DNA from: a virus
Lineage: Duplodnaviria > Caudoviricetes
Strand: one strand, 5' to 3'
Virus record (IMG/VR): IMGVR_UViG_2645727545_000002
Location: 72,329 to 136,328 of that record
Length of the DNA stretch: 64,000 nt
Both the position numbers and the translations under genes were made by a program. Under the pieces are notes generated by a model that was not told the origin of the DNA, made no database searches, and saw nothing but the letters and a program-made list of their open reading frames with translations. Positions 11,761-23,285 of this stretch are shown here, piece by piece. Within the stretch, counting starts at the first letter, position 1. The number at the start of each line of letters is the position of its first letter.

Positions 11761-11863
11761 TTATAAGATAGAGAAATCACCTTATACCTACATTTCGCAT
11801 AATTATTTTACTGTTAGCAATACAAACTATTTTCGTATCGGTTTTAAGTTTAGGATTTTGTAA

Positions 11864-11892
11864 TTGACTTTTACCAAAGAAATGACTATAAT
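11864..11892 (+). promoter_or_regulatory. Sigma-A-type promoter for a short antisense RNA
   Basis: TTGACT-17-TATAAT. Confidence 0.7.
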
Positions 11893-11928
11893 AGAATATG
11901 TCAATAACACATAGAGTTATTTGTACAT

Positions 11929-11975
11929 TAAAGAGGTTGATGAACTTTGGTCGGTTAGCAACCTCTTTTTTGTTT
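11929..11975 (+). terminator. Intrinsic terminator
   Basis: AAAGAGGTTG...CAACCTCTTT stem followed by a T-run. Confidence 0.7.
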
Positions 11976-11994
11976 AACTCGTTTCCCTTAACTT

Positions 11995-12029
11995 GATTAT
12001 ATCTTACTACATTTTTATGTAGTTGTCAA
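11995..12029 (-). promoter_or_regulatory. Leftward promoter with palindromic operator in the spacer
   Basis: Minus strand TTGACA-17-TAAGAT, overlapping ACTACAT-AAAA-ATGTAGT. Confidence 0.65.
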
Positions 12030-12053
12030 TATATTTTTTAAAGTTTTTTATTT

Positions 12054-12269
12054 TTATTTTGTAGTTTTATCATCTGGAATATACTCTAATATATCTCCGG
12101 GTTGACAATTTAAAACTTTACATATTGAATCAATCGTTGTAAGGTTTACTGGTCTATTTTTTGAAATACTTGCCATAGTGACAGGACTACACCCAATCGC
12201 ATTTTGCAGATCAATTTTTTTCATGCCCTTACGATTGAGCATATCAATTAATTTATAATATGCTATCAC
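12054..12269 (-). CDS. Cro/C1-type HTH (YozG/HTH_26-like) regulator
   Basis: TIDSICKVLNCQPGDILEY C-terminus. Confidence 0.85.
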   Translation of the reverse strand: MIAYYKLIDMLNRKGMKKIDLQNAIGCSPVTMASISKNRPVNLTTIDSICKVLNCQPGDILEYIPDDKTTK

Positions 12270-12534
12270 GTTTTAACCTCCTATTATATAATAAAGTAAT
12301 TATACCAAAAATACTCCGGCATTGCCATACTCTATTATAGCCACATCTTCAGTTGTCAAAGTACAAAAGTTTGGGGATCACTCAGTCAGATTTGACTTTG
12401 TTTTTCAGATATGCTACACTTTAGTTGACTGATTTATGTATTGTGCAGTGTATCTGTACACCCTATACAAGTTTTACGGCTGGTATCTTGTTTACAATCT
12501 CATTTGTTATCTGTATGCCTGTCGTTTAACTTGT

Positions 12535-12568
12535 ATTTATAATAGCATAGGTTTAACCTATAGTCAAT
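12535..12568 (-). promoter_or_regulatory. Leftward promoter with palindromic operator
   Basis: Minus strand TTGACT-17-TATTAT, spacer contains ATAGGTT-A-AACCTAT. Confidence 0.6.
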
Positions 12569-12655
12569 AGGTAAAACCTGTTTTATTGTTTTAATTTAGT
12601 ATAATATTATTTTATTAATTATTGTTATGTGTTTTTTGAAAGAAAGTGGGATATT

Positions 12656-12832
12656 ATGTCATATAATGCAAAAGCTGACGAAAATTATAGAAAAAAGTGT
12701 AAAACAATCGGACTCAAATTTACTTTGAATGAATTAGATTTTTATGAAAATATTGTTAAACATTGTGAAAATAACAATTTATCTCTACAGGGATATATAA
12801 AAAATCTAATACGCAAAGATTTAGACAAGTAA
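12656..12832 (+). CDS. Small ribbon-helix-helix-like DNA-binding protein
   Basis: KTIGLKF...SLQGYIKNLIRKDL pattern. Confidence 0.6.
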   Translation: MSYNAKADENYRKKCKTIGLKFTLNELDFYENIVKHCENNNLSLQGYIKNLIRKDLDK

Positions 12833-12892
12833 GAAAATACTGCTATTGCTTCATATTTTAAAAATAAAAGATTTAGATAAAGAGGTATTACA

Positions 12893-13159
12893 ATGAATAA
12901 ACATGATTTTTATACAATTATTACATCTATTTTAAGTGCAAAAAATTTAACTTTTGCCGATCTGGCAAAATATTTAGAAATAAGTGAATTGAGTTTAGCA
13001 AGAAATATAACTAAAAACAAAACAATTAATATTGACTTATTGTTAAAAATATTTGATTTTTTAGATATATCTTTTGTGGATAATAAAACTGGTAATATAA
13101 TTACGCTCAAAACCAATGAAGATATTTTATCAGACGCACTAAATGATATTAACTCGTAA
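12893..13159 (+). CDS. XRE-family HTH protein
   Basis: LTFADLAKYLEISELSL helix-turn-helix. Confidence 0.7.
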   Translation: MNKHDFYTIITSILSAKNLTFADLAKYLEISELSLARNITKNKTINIDLLLKIFDFLDISFVDNKTGNIITLKTNEDILSDALNDINS

Positions 13160-13354
13160 CAAAACAATAATTTACATATAAAATAAGAAGCAATAGTGTA
13201 TTGTATAAAGTGTTAAAATCTTTTTTATATGTATTATTATGCTATGACCCTTTAGACGGCAACGCATTACTACTATTATATAGATAGTATGTGCTAATTT
13301 GATTTTATTGTGATATAATTATTTATATAATGATAGTAAAGGAATAATATAATA

Positions 13355-13558
13355 ATGTTTTTATATAAAATAGATATATTAGATACACTCAAAGAAAAAG
13401 GATACAATACAAATAGGTTGAGAAAAGAAAAGCTACTAGGAGAAAACGCAATACAATCAATACGGAATAATAAAATAGTCGGAATGAGTGCGCTTGAAAA
13501 GATATGCAGTTTATTAGACTGTCAGCCAGGTGATTTGATTGAGTATATAAAAGAATAG
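13355..13558 (+). CDS. Cro/C1-type HTH (YozG/HTH_26-like) regulator
   Basis: LEKICSLLDCQPGDLIEY; paralog of 12054-12269. Confidence 0.85.
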   Translation: MFLYKIDILDTLKEKGYNTNRLRKEKLLGENAIQSIRNNKIVGMSALEKICSLLDCQPGDLIEYIKE

Positions 13559-13560
13559 AA

Positions 13561-13615
13561 TTACATTACTAATAATGTAATTTGCATTGACTTTACATTA
13601 TTAGTAATGTAATAT
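13561..13615 (+). promoter_or_regulatory. Promoter with two palindromic operators upstream of the TA pair
   Basis: TTACATTA-N4-TAATGTAA at 13561-13580 and 13593-13612; TTGACT at 13587. Confidence 0.65.
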
Positions 13616-13659
13616 GATTGTAGTTAGTAAATGTCTCATATATTATTAAGAAAGGATGA

Positions 13660-13980
13660 TTGTACTTGATTGACATTGAAGTATTGCAGAAATTAAATGT
13701 ACCTAATAGGATAGTATTGACAAAACATGCAAAGGAAAGGTTGATAGAAAGAAATATCGCTATCACGGATATTATAAACGGCATTAAGACTGGCGAAATT
13801 ATAAAACAATATGAAGATGATAAACCTTTACCTAGCTGTTTGATACTAGGATTTTCGGTAAATAATAAATATATTCATATTGTAGTTAGTCACGATAGTG
13901 ATTATATTTATTTGATAACAGCATACTACCCTAACACAGATCAGTGGGAAATGGATTTCAAAACAAGAAAGAAGGTTTGA
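13660..13980 (+). CDS. DUF4258 family protein (putative type II toxin)
   Basis: TKHAKERLIERNI...GEIIKQYEDDKPLPSCLILG...IHIV...LITAYYP. Confidence 0.8.
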   Translation: MYLIDIEVLQKLNVPNRIVLTKHAKERLIERNIAITDIINGIKTGEIIKQYEDDKPLPSCLILGFSVNNKYIHIVVSHDSDYIYLITAYYPNTDQWEMDFKTRKKV

Positions 13981-13984
13981 TAAT

Positions 13985-14221
13985 ATGTTATGTATTGAAT
14001 GTGGCGCAGTTACTGAAAAGGGATATACAACGGACGTTACGGACTTAGGAAACTGCCTTGTTATTATTCGGAATGTACCATGCTATAAATGTACAGAGTG
14101 TAATGAGATTATTTATACTGGAGACGTTGTACAAGAGATAGAAAAAATTGTTAATACGGCCAAACAATGTTTTCAGGAAGTATCTATCATTGATTATAAT
14201 AATTACAAACAAGTTGCATAA
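13985..14221 (+). CDS. YgiT/MqsA-type zinc-finger protein (putative antitoxin)
   Basis: CIECG...IIRNVPCYKCTECNE. Confidence 0.8.
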   Translation: MLCIECGAVTEKGYTTDVTDLGNCLVIIRNVPCYKCTECNEIIYTGDVVQEIEKIVNTAKQCFQEVSIIDYNNYKQVA

Positions 14222-14487
14222 ATATGATAGCGATACTGTTATGGTGTCGCTATTTTTTGTATGTTATCGTGTCAGTGTGTATGTTAGTGTATATTAACTT
14301 GTGTTATGACTGTATAGTTATAGTATGTTATATGATACACATGTAATACTTGTGTAATAATAGTGAGTATAGTTGTGTGTTTGTGTGGACTGCATCACGT
14401 TGTTGTGTAGGATGTTTAGGTAAACTAAACTAGGAATTATTACTTTTATTAGTGTAGTATTGTTTTGTGTATTGTTTTGATGTATAT

Positions 14488-14722
14488 TTATACACAAATT
14501 ATTGCATAGTTATACACATGATGTGGATAAGTTTAATTTTAAAAAATGGTATAAAAGTGGTGATGTGGTACTCATTTGTAGGTTATTTTGGATTGCAAGT
14601 GGGGAATATGTGTTGGTTTTGGTTTGATTTTGTGTGTCTAGTGGGAAATTTTGTTTTGAGGTAAGTTTTAAGGCAAAAAGTTATCCACATATTATTTTGA
14701 GTTATCCACATTATGTGGATAA
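14488..14722. promoter_or_regulatory. Cluster of six DnaA boxes (putative origin)
   Basis: TTATNCACA matches at 14488, 14510, 14522(rc), 14681, 14702 and 14714(rc). Confidence 0.7.
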
Positions 14723-15521
14723 GTTTTTTATTATTAAAAATTTTCACCAAAAATCCGAACTTGTCCAGAAATCCATGAATTTGAGTCTAAAATCCCACCT
14801 GATGCAATGTTTCATTGCTACGTAAAAGACACACACAAAAATCAACAGATTGTCCATAAAATCTCTATATACCGCCCCCTGTTTTCAGATCTTTACAATC
14901 AAAACTTTTGCACTTTTCATCAATGTGCCAAAAGTCCCTAAAGCAACATAATAGTGTAGTATTATGCCATTCCATAATAGGGGCGGTATTAAACATTTTT
15001 GACGTATGTTATGCATCAAATATAGCAGGTATGGGTTCTATCCACACCTCACTACCAAAATTTCGACCTCCGATTTCCACACCAAAATTTTCATCTCCCA
15101 CTTCAAAAAAACTCAAAAATTACCAAAAAATACTTCGGTAACTCTCTCGACTAACAAGGCATAAACACTGCATTTCTACCATTCTAAACAGTCCAAAAAT
15201 AACCAAAATCCACCACAATATCCATTCAAACCCCAAACAAACTCTTGCCGTTACTGCATTTTCCCGAACTCAACTTATATTCCAAAAAATTACATATAAA
15301 ACACACTATCAAAATCCAGAAAACCACGTCGCCTTATCCCTCAGTGTACCCACATAAATACTGGCATCCCCCGGTATAAAAACATTACACAAAATTACCT
15401 CTCTACCGAAGTGCCATATTTTCAAAATTACTGACACAAAAAATAAGCAGCCAATTCCTAAGATAAGTCCTTAAAAACCAACTGCTATTATTCATAATCA
15501 CCCTATAATCATCCAATACCT

Positions 15522-15950
15522 TCAATAATATTTATTAAATATATCCCCATCTATATCACTAATATCATGAACCGGTACCTCAGTTCCATTTTCAAATATT
15601 ACAACATTTCTGTATTCGTGTACCTTCTTCACTCTCCCACTCATTGTAATATACTTTCCACCATCTTTCTTTAAATCTTTTTCAAAATATGTGATTCTAA
15701 CATCCGGATCAACATCGCCGTCATCTAAACATTTTCTTAAAATACTCACTCTCTCATTCAGTCTATTCAAAACATCCTCATCAAATTCAATCCTTTTATC
15801 TGTTAATCTTGCAGTCTCTTTAATTTCTGCATCATAACCTGTCAATGCAGCAAATGGAGAAAATTGAGCAGCTCTATCTCGCATACTCATTTGAGGATAT
15901 TTTTTAGAGACAAAATGTGGCAAATCAATAATATCATCGTATTTACCCAT
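15522..15950 (-). CDS. YolD-like protein
   Basis: YDDIIDLPH...MSMRDRAAQFSPFAALTG; downstream of the Y-family polymerase. Confidence 0.85.
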   Translation of the reverse strand: MGKYDDIIDLPHFVSKKYPQMSMRDRAAQFSPFAALTGYDAEIKETARLTDKRIEFDEDVLNRLNERVSILRKCLDDGDVDPDVRITYFEKDLKKDGGKYITMSGRVKKVHEYRNVVIFENGTEVPVHDISDIDGDIFNKYY

Positions 15951-15959
15951 AACACACTC

Positions 15960-17490
15960 CTATGCTTTATGCCCACCAATTTGATTATTCCTATCTATTG
16001 CAGTAGCTCCTTCCTGTAAGCTCATACCTTTTAAAATTGCATTCTTCCCAAATTTTTTTCTTTATGTCTAAAACAGCTTTTTGTATATCTTTTTCTTTCT
16101 GAAGTTTCTCCTGGTCAACTTTCTTTTCATCAGATTCAATCATATCAAACAAATTGATCTGTTCATATCTATCTTGCTTTGCCTCCTTTTCATTGATCAC
16201 ATGATTTGCTGACATATTAATTCTTCTAACAAGTAAATCTTCATCCACAATTCTATTAAATAAATCAAGCACTGCTCTTACAATCACATTAGTAGACGAT
16301 GTATAGCTGTCTAAGTTTATTGTACCATGTGCATGTTTTGGAATTTTTCTTCCGTATTGATCAATAGAATACTCCCCTTTATAATTTCTCATCCTCACAG
16401 GATCCATTAAATTTTCTCTATCATACCCTACTGTCAATACAATCTGATCTGTTACAAGATTTTTGCTCACCAAATCTAAAACCAACATTTCCGTCATTTC
16501 ACGCACAATAATTTTCGTTTTATCAAAATCGGTTCCACAGTGTAGAATTTGTCCACTTCCTATGCTATTATTGTCTGGTTTATAGTTCTTAATATCTGTA
16601 ATTGTAACAGGCTCCCATCCCCAAGCATGATCAATCAAAAGTTCTGTATTCTTGCCAAACATTCTACGCAGCAAACCTTCATTATAATAATCCTCCTCTT
16701 TTCCAAGAGAACATCTTGCAATATCTCCCATTGTATATAACCCAACAGATTCCAACTTTTTTGTATATCCTCTTCCAATACGCCAAAAATCTGTCAATGG
16801 TTTGTGCTCCCACAATTGTTTTCTGTAAGATATTTCGTCCAGTTCTGCAATTCTTACACCGTGTTCATCAGCAGGAATATGCTTTGCTACAACATCCATT
16901 GCAATCTTAGCCAAATACAAATTCGTTCCAATACCTGCGGTCGCTGTAATTCCTGTTTCATGCAGCACATCCAGTATAATTTTCTGTACCAATTCTTTTG
17001 CAGATAACCCATACGTATTTAAATAAGAAGTTGCATCTATAAACACTTCATCAATAGAATATACATGGATATCTTCTGGAGCAATATATTTTAAATAAAC
17101 ATTATAGATTCTGGTACTGTATTCCATGTAAAACGACATTCTAGGAGGAGCTACAATATAATCAAGTTTTAGATTTAAATCATCATCCAATTCTTTCTTA
17201 TTATAGGAGAAATCAGAGAATTCACGCTTTCTTAAGTTATACAATCTTGTAGCATTGATTTCTCTTACACGTTGCACAACTTCAAATAGTCTTGGTCTTC
17301 CGGATACACCATATGATTTTAAAGACGGAGTTACTGCAAGACAAATTGTTTTCTCTGTTCTGCTATTATCAGCAACAACTAGATTTGTTGTCAATGGATC
17401 AAGTCCACGTTCTATACACTCTACTGATGCATAAAAGCTTTTCAAATCAATTGCAATATATGTCCTATTCACGACAATAACTCCTTCCAT
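15960..17490 (-). CDS. umuC: Y-family (UmuC/UvrX-like) DNA polymerase (frameshift near 16055, likely read error)
   Basis: IDLKSFYASVE, YSIDEVFID and a C-terminal QIGGH in the shifted frame. Confidence 0.9.
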
Positions 17491-17800
17491 TTTTCTTTCT
17501 TAATATTTATGATACCAGAAAGCTATAAATTTATCCACAACAAAATCGAAGTATGTTCAGTATTGTTATAAAACGTTTTCAATGGTAAATTTCGATTTTA
17601 TGTTGTTACTCTATAAAGTGTCCACATTATTATACAAAATTGATTTTATATATTAAAAACATGTTTTTACTCAACAGATTACATATATAAAATTTTCTTG
17701 CCTATGTGGAACGCATGAGTGAATAAGTATATGCACCTAGAAAACAGCAAATTATTCAGTTATAATAGACGATATAAAATATTATGACTGGAGGAATACG

Positions 17801-18538
17801 ATGGAGGAATTATACGATTTTATGGTTTGGGGAGATTATGATGCTAAAATAGAATATTTAGCAAATATGACAGATGAAAACTGGAATTTTCATGGAAAAA
17901 CAAATAACCTTATTTTGAAAAATTACTTAAAGTATACCACAAAAAAATTAGAAGAAGAAAATAAGATTATGACAACAGACAACCACTGTATTATCAACAC
18001 AGGATTATTTACACCATATTATGAGCCGATATATATTTATGCTGAAAAAAATTTGTCTGATAGTAAACAAGATTGGTGGTTTAAATCATTTTCCACATCT
18101 TATGATTTAGGAAATCTTGGTATCACAGAATTACCGGAAAGAGCAAATTACTTTCAGGATCCGTCACAACTTGTATTTGATGTAAACTGTAAAATTAACG
18201 TGCAGTTTAAGCACATTTATGATGATGAAGATAATAGAAACAGAATTCCGAAAGAAATCGTTAATAGCAAAAATATTCATTCTATATTTAAAGGTGCTAT
18301 TGATACAATGGTGAAGAAAGTAACAGCAAACTATAAAATAGCGGTTCCACAATACTTTAACGGCAAAATACAATTACTTCTTCCTCTATGTTTAGTAGAT
18401 GAATCCATTCCTGATTTGGCTCTTGTTGTTACAAAAGTCAATAATGTATATCAAGGTCATACCTGTCTTACGATGGAAATGGCTTACAACAATGCTAGAC
18501 TGATTGCAAAACCAGAAAGTAACTGGTTAGTTCCTTAA
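17801..18538 (+). CDS. DUF3825 domain protein
   Basis: INTGLFT...IQLLLPLCL...TCLTMEMAYNNARLIAKP. Confidence 0.8.
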   Translation: MEELYDFMVWGDYDAKIEYLANMTDENWNFHGKTNNLILKNYLKYTTKKLEEENKIMTTDNHCIINTGLFTPYYEPIYIYAEKNLSDSKQDWWFKSFSTSYDLGNLGITELPERANYFQDPSQLVFDVNCKINVQFKHIYDDEDNRNRIPKEIVNSKNIHSIFKGAIDTMVKKVTANYKIAVPQYFNGKIQLLLPLCLVDESIPDLALVVTKVNNVYQGHTCLTMEMAYNNARLIAKPESNWLVP

Positions 18539-18658
18539 ACAAAAAAAGAGAAAGCGGCTGATTTCACGAAGGGGAGTGAAAACCAAACTGCTTTCTCTTA
18601 AGCAACTATGTATTTATAATATCAGATGTTTCGACAAATAACAAGCATTTTCTACAAA

Positions 18659-19173
18659 TTAAAATTCGATGCTACATTTTAATCTTATTGAAAAATCAAT
18701 ATCAAACACTTTTCTTTCAAGAATAATCCCCTCTAATGGATCAAATTCAATTTTATGTGTCGAATCTTCAAACACACCAACTACTTCTGCTTTAATATTT
18801 TCTTTTTTAGACAACTGGTTGAGTGTATCCATATATCCATAATAATAATCCTGATCGTATATATTATAATATACTCTCACACGATAATCACCTTGTCGAT
18901 TAAAAATTCCAACATTCTCCCTATATTCGTATTTCTTATATTTTCCAAATAAATAACTAGATGGATATAAATCGTCAGCATAAAATTTCATATATCTTTT
19001 TCCGCATATTGTTTCGTAATCTCCATTTTTAGCCTTTTCTCTGATCACATTTTTAATATGATCTATTGTGCTTATCGCCCATTTCTTTCCATCATTATAT
19101 GATTCTATCTTCTTTTCTGCAGCAGCTTCTTCCGGTGTTTTTGATATTTCATTCAATTCATCTAAAAACTCAT
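18659..19173 (-). CDS. Hypothetical protein
   Basis: 165+ aa ORF, convergent with DUF3825. Confidence 0.6.
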
Positions 19174-19867
19174 AGCGCTACTCTCCTACTTCTTTTGATA
19201 TTTACATAATAACACAACAGTGTAAGTTTTCACAGATATTTTTATATTGATAAGAGAATAAATGTATGAAATAAAGAAGCCGTTAAAATATTTTAATAAA
19301 AGGAGAAATGATATGAAGAAATTATAAAAAATTTTTTCTATTTCAATTTAAATTGTATCTTTGCGTCAGCAAAGACTTTGCGAAGCAAAGTGAAACGGAG
19401 ACACGAAGAAAGGGTCGCTTGCGGCTCTTTCTGAAGTGGATCCAATATTACCTAGATCTCTCTATATATAAGTAATTACAAATTTATATAAAAATTATTT
19501 ATAAAGAGAGAATTATTAACTGGGGGAAAGAAGACCAAATTCATAAGTCTTACTACGCAGCTTGTTCGCCAAGGCTCACAACCAGCTAGTGCGACTAAAT
19601 GAATTATGATCTTTTTTGCATTTCCCCCAGACCCCCTTTGCGTACTATTTTATGGATAAAAGAGATAATTTTTTTCAACTAAAATCCTTGTAAACCCTTA
19701 TAAACACTGGGTTTGTGACGAAAAACATCATTCAAAGTCTCCCTATATTATATATATATTAGGGAGAAATGGAATGATGCGAAAACTCTGTAAACCTTAT
19801 AAACACTGGGGAAATTGACATTTTAGGTGTGCAAAAAATGAAAAAAACTAATTTAAGGAGAAAACAC

Positions 19868-20973
19868 ATGAACAAATTAAAATATCAAAAAAGGAAAAAT
19901 TACAGAAAAAAAGTTAGTAGATTTATACGGAAGTGATGCACAAAAAAAATCTTATAAAGAATATGGTAGATTCATTGGTAACTATAAAAAGACTTTACTT
20001 ACAAAAATGTCTCGATATTGTAACATTGAAGATTTAGGTGGTAGAACATATAGAATCACAAAAGTATACGACTATCCTCTTCCATCAAATTTCAATAAGA
20101 TGACAAAATCCTTGTATCAATATATTGTACCACTATTACTTACAAATCTGATTAATGGTCACGATGAGAATAATAAAATTGATATTACAGTCGGTAAATG
20201 GGCTAGAGAAATAAATATGGTAAACAAAAATTACAACCTTGTTAAATACAACAAAGAAGACACTAGTAAAGAAACACAATGCTCTCTTGATACCATTAAT
20301 GAATTTTATGACAAAGCAGATGACATGATTGAATGGTACATAACAAATGCACTTGATTATTTAAAATCTGCAGGATTAGTTATCTGGAGAGAAGTTTATA
20401 GAGTAAACGAAGAAATATCAAGCGGTAAAAATATTATTGATGAAAGCGGGAATATACACGTTGATATTTCTATTGATAGTCATCAAGCATCTGAAGATGA
20501 AATGAACTACTACTCTCATTGTGTTTCAATTGCTGATAAAGCAGCAAAAATAGAAAATGCTGGAGAACGATATTATAGCAAAAAATCAAAATTATTTGGA
20601 GAAGTATTAAAGAAAGAACTATATAAAAAGAAAAATCAAATGTGTTTTCAAAACATATGAAGCATATTATGTAGATCTTAATAAATGTAATTTTATATTA
20701 AAACAGTTTGGTAAATTCAAAATGAATAATTTAATAAGTGAATTTAATAAAGAGTTTACAGATTTATTGGTTGGAAATGCAGAAAAAAGGTTTGATAAAA
20801 ATCCGGATAAATATTTTTCTTATGCGGAAAAGGATGACTACAGCTTATGTTTTCAAAATTTATGCGAAATAACGATTGATAAAAATACAGAATATCTTGG
20901 AAACAGAATAAGAGAAAAAACAATTGACGATAATTATACCTTAAAAATCACATCATCAAAGAAAGGAAAATAG
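19868..20973 (+). CDS. Hypothetical protein, possibly a replication initiator (split by homopolymer frameshifts)
   Basis: Fragments 20007-20660 and 20722-20973; lies between an ori-like repeat region and the helicase; function is inference only. Confidence 0.45.
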
Positions 20974-20977
20974 ATAT

Positions 20978-22823
20978 ATGAATTTTAATAAACAACAAGA
21001 AGAAACTATTAACACAATAGAAGGAAACGTGGCAGTTATTGCATCTGCCGGTTCCGGGAAAACAACTGTTCTTACGAATAGAATCAAAAAAATGGTTGAA
21101 GAACATAATATATTACCATCTTCTATCCTGGCAATTACCTTTAGTAAAAAAGCAAAAGAGAATATAATCGAAAAACTAATGGGACTTAATATATCGAATG
21201 TATCTGTAGAAACTTTTCATTCATTTGCATTGAAGATCATCTCCTCTGTGTATGGAATCAAAAAATTTAAAATATGGACAGCTTCATGGGAAAAAGAGAA
21301 AACAATAAAATGGATTTGTAGCGACTCTTTGTTACTTTGTGATTCTGATAATGTTCCATACAACGAAATTACATCGTTTATTGCATTGCAGAAAAATAAC
21401 ATGAAAACGCCAAATGATGATTTAATTTACACTCCTGATATCCCATTTAAAGAAGAGGATATGAGACAAATATACAAAACTTATGAAGAGTATAAAGAAA
21501 TCAATTCACTTATTGAGTTTGATGATTTTTTGAACATGGCAAATAAAATTTTTGATACTGATTATTATACTTTAGAAAAGTATCGAAATATTTTTCAGTA
21601 TATATTAGTTGATGAATTTCAGGATATTTCAATTTCTCAAGCATTACTTTTAAGAAAATTAAACACAAAAAACACAATGATCGTCGGAGATCCTCTTCAG
21701 GCTATTTATTCATTTAGAGGTGGTGATAGCAGATTTATTCTAAATTTTGATACTGATTATAAAGATGTAAAAGTTATTAATCTAAATACAAATTATAGAT
21801 GTAGCAAAGATATTGTATTTACAGCAAATAAACTTGCGTTAAGTATTCCTGATTCTCAACACAAAAATTATGTAGAGAGTATTTCAAATAAAGAAAATTT
21901 TCAAATTCCTGAGTTAAGACATTTCCCTGATGATTATGAAGAATGTTTATGGGTTGCATCAAAAATAGGAGAATTAAAATTTAAAGGATACGATTACAAC
22001 GACATTGCCATCCTCGCCAGAACAAATGCTCAATTACAAAAACTAGAGTCAACGCTGCATGATGAAGATATAGCATTTGAAATTGTTGATGGTAAAACTT
22101 TTACAGAATTACCAGAGATCAAATTGATAATTTCTTACTTTAAACTTGCGTTAAACACAAATGATAATGAATCGTTTTCTTATCTATACAATAAACCAAA
22201 TCGATGGTTAGATAAAAAATTTTTAAAAAGAAGTAACAGATAACAGTTTTAAAAGAAATATATCATTATACAATTCAATGTTCACGATTGATAGGAGAAA
22301 TTGGAGATTCAAAAAAGGTATCGATGAAATCATTGAAGTAATAAATTATTTACAAAACAATCAGAATTCCAACATTTCAGATTTGGTAAGATTTTTGAGA
22401 AACAGATTAGACATTGATAAATTTGTTACAAAAGGAAAGCAATCAGATGATGGAAGTTATATTGAACAAATCGACAACCTTAACAGTTTTGAAAATATTT
22501 GTTCCAAATACTCTTCCATTAAAGAATTTGTTTCATACATAGATGAGTTAAATACAGAAATGGAGAATAAAGATAATGATAAAGTCAAATTACTTACAAT
22601 TCATAAGTCAAAAGGTATGGAATATCCTGTCGTGTTTATCATTGGATGCAATGAAGAAATCCTGCCACACTATAAGAATGAAAATGTTGATGATGAACGT
22701 AGGTTATTCTATGTCGCAATTACAAGAGCCGAAAAAGAATTATATCTATCATATGTTGATTTATATAATGGTCAAACAAAATTGATAAGCTCTTTTATTA
22801 AAGATGTTGAAAATACAAATTAA
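20978..22823 (+). CDS. UvrD/PcrA superfamily I helicase (frameshift near 22225)
   Basis: ASAGSGKT, VDEFQD, GDPLQAIYSFRG, TIHKSKGMEY, ERRLFYVAITRA. Confidence 0.95.
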
Positions 22824-23285
22824 AAATTATAAAAAACGAAAAAATAAGTGGTGAATAATAAGTAATCCTACTTTATGTATTTTGTTTCTAAATGGTGAAT
22901 TAAAATATGTCCCACATTCAATAAACATCATTTAGGAATTTGTAACTTGAAAATCAAATTTCATTTCATTTAAAGAAAGGAGTTATGTGAATGAAAACAT
23001 AATTATATTTTCTATCACATTAGAATTGCAGCGAAGATATCCCTAGAAAATATCTTCCATCGCACAAGTTTTTGTGGATGTTTCATCCACGGTTGGTTTG
23101 GATTATTGCGGTAAGTCAGAATCTAACGTTCCAGACTGCTGCTCTGATCCAAAAGAAATGATGCAATTAGTTAATAGTCAAATTTAAATAAAGAGAATAA
23201 ATATATGAAACTTATAGTCATCACTCAATTAAAGGAGCGAGTCCAATGACAAACAAAAATTATGAAAACAGAGGAGATTTAATTT

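Noticed and set aside
14467-15141. Three plus-strand ORFs in the skewed region
   Set aside because: Low-complexity translations without an RBS, overlapping DnaA boxes
17546-17560. LexA (GAAC-N4-GTTC) box upstream of umuC
   Set aside because: Minus-strand GAACATACTTCG is one base short of consensus; cannot be called without polishing
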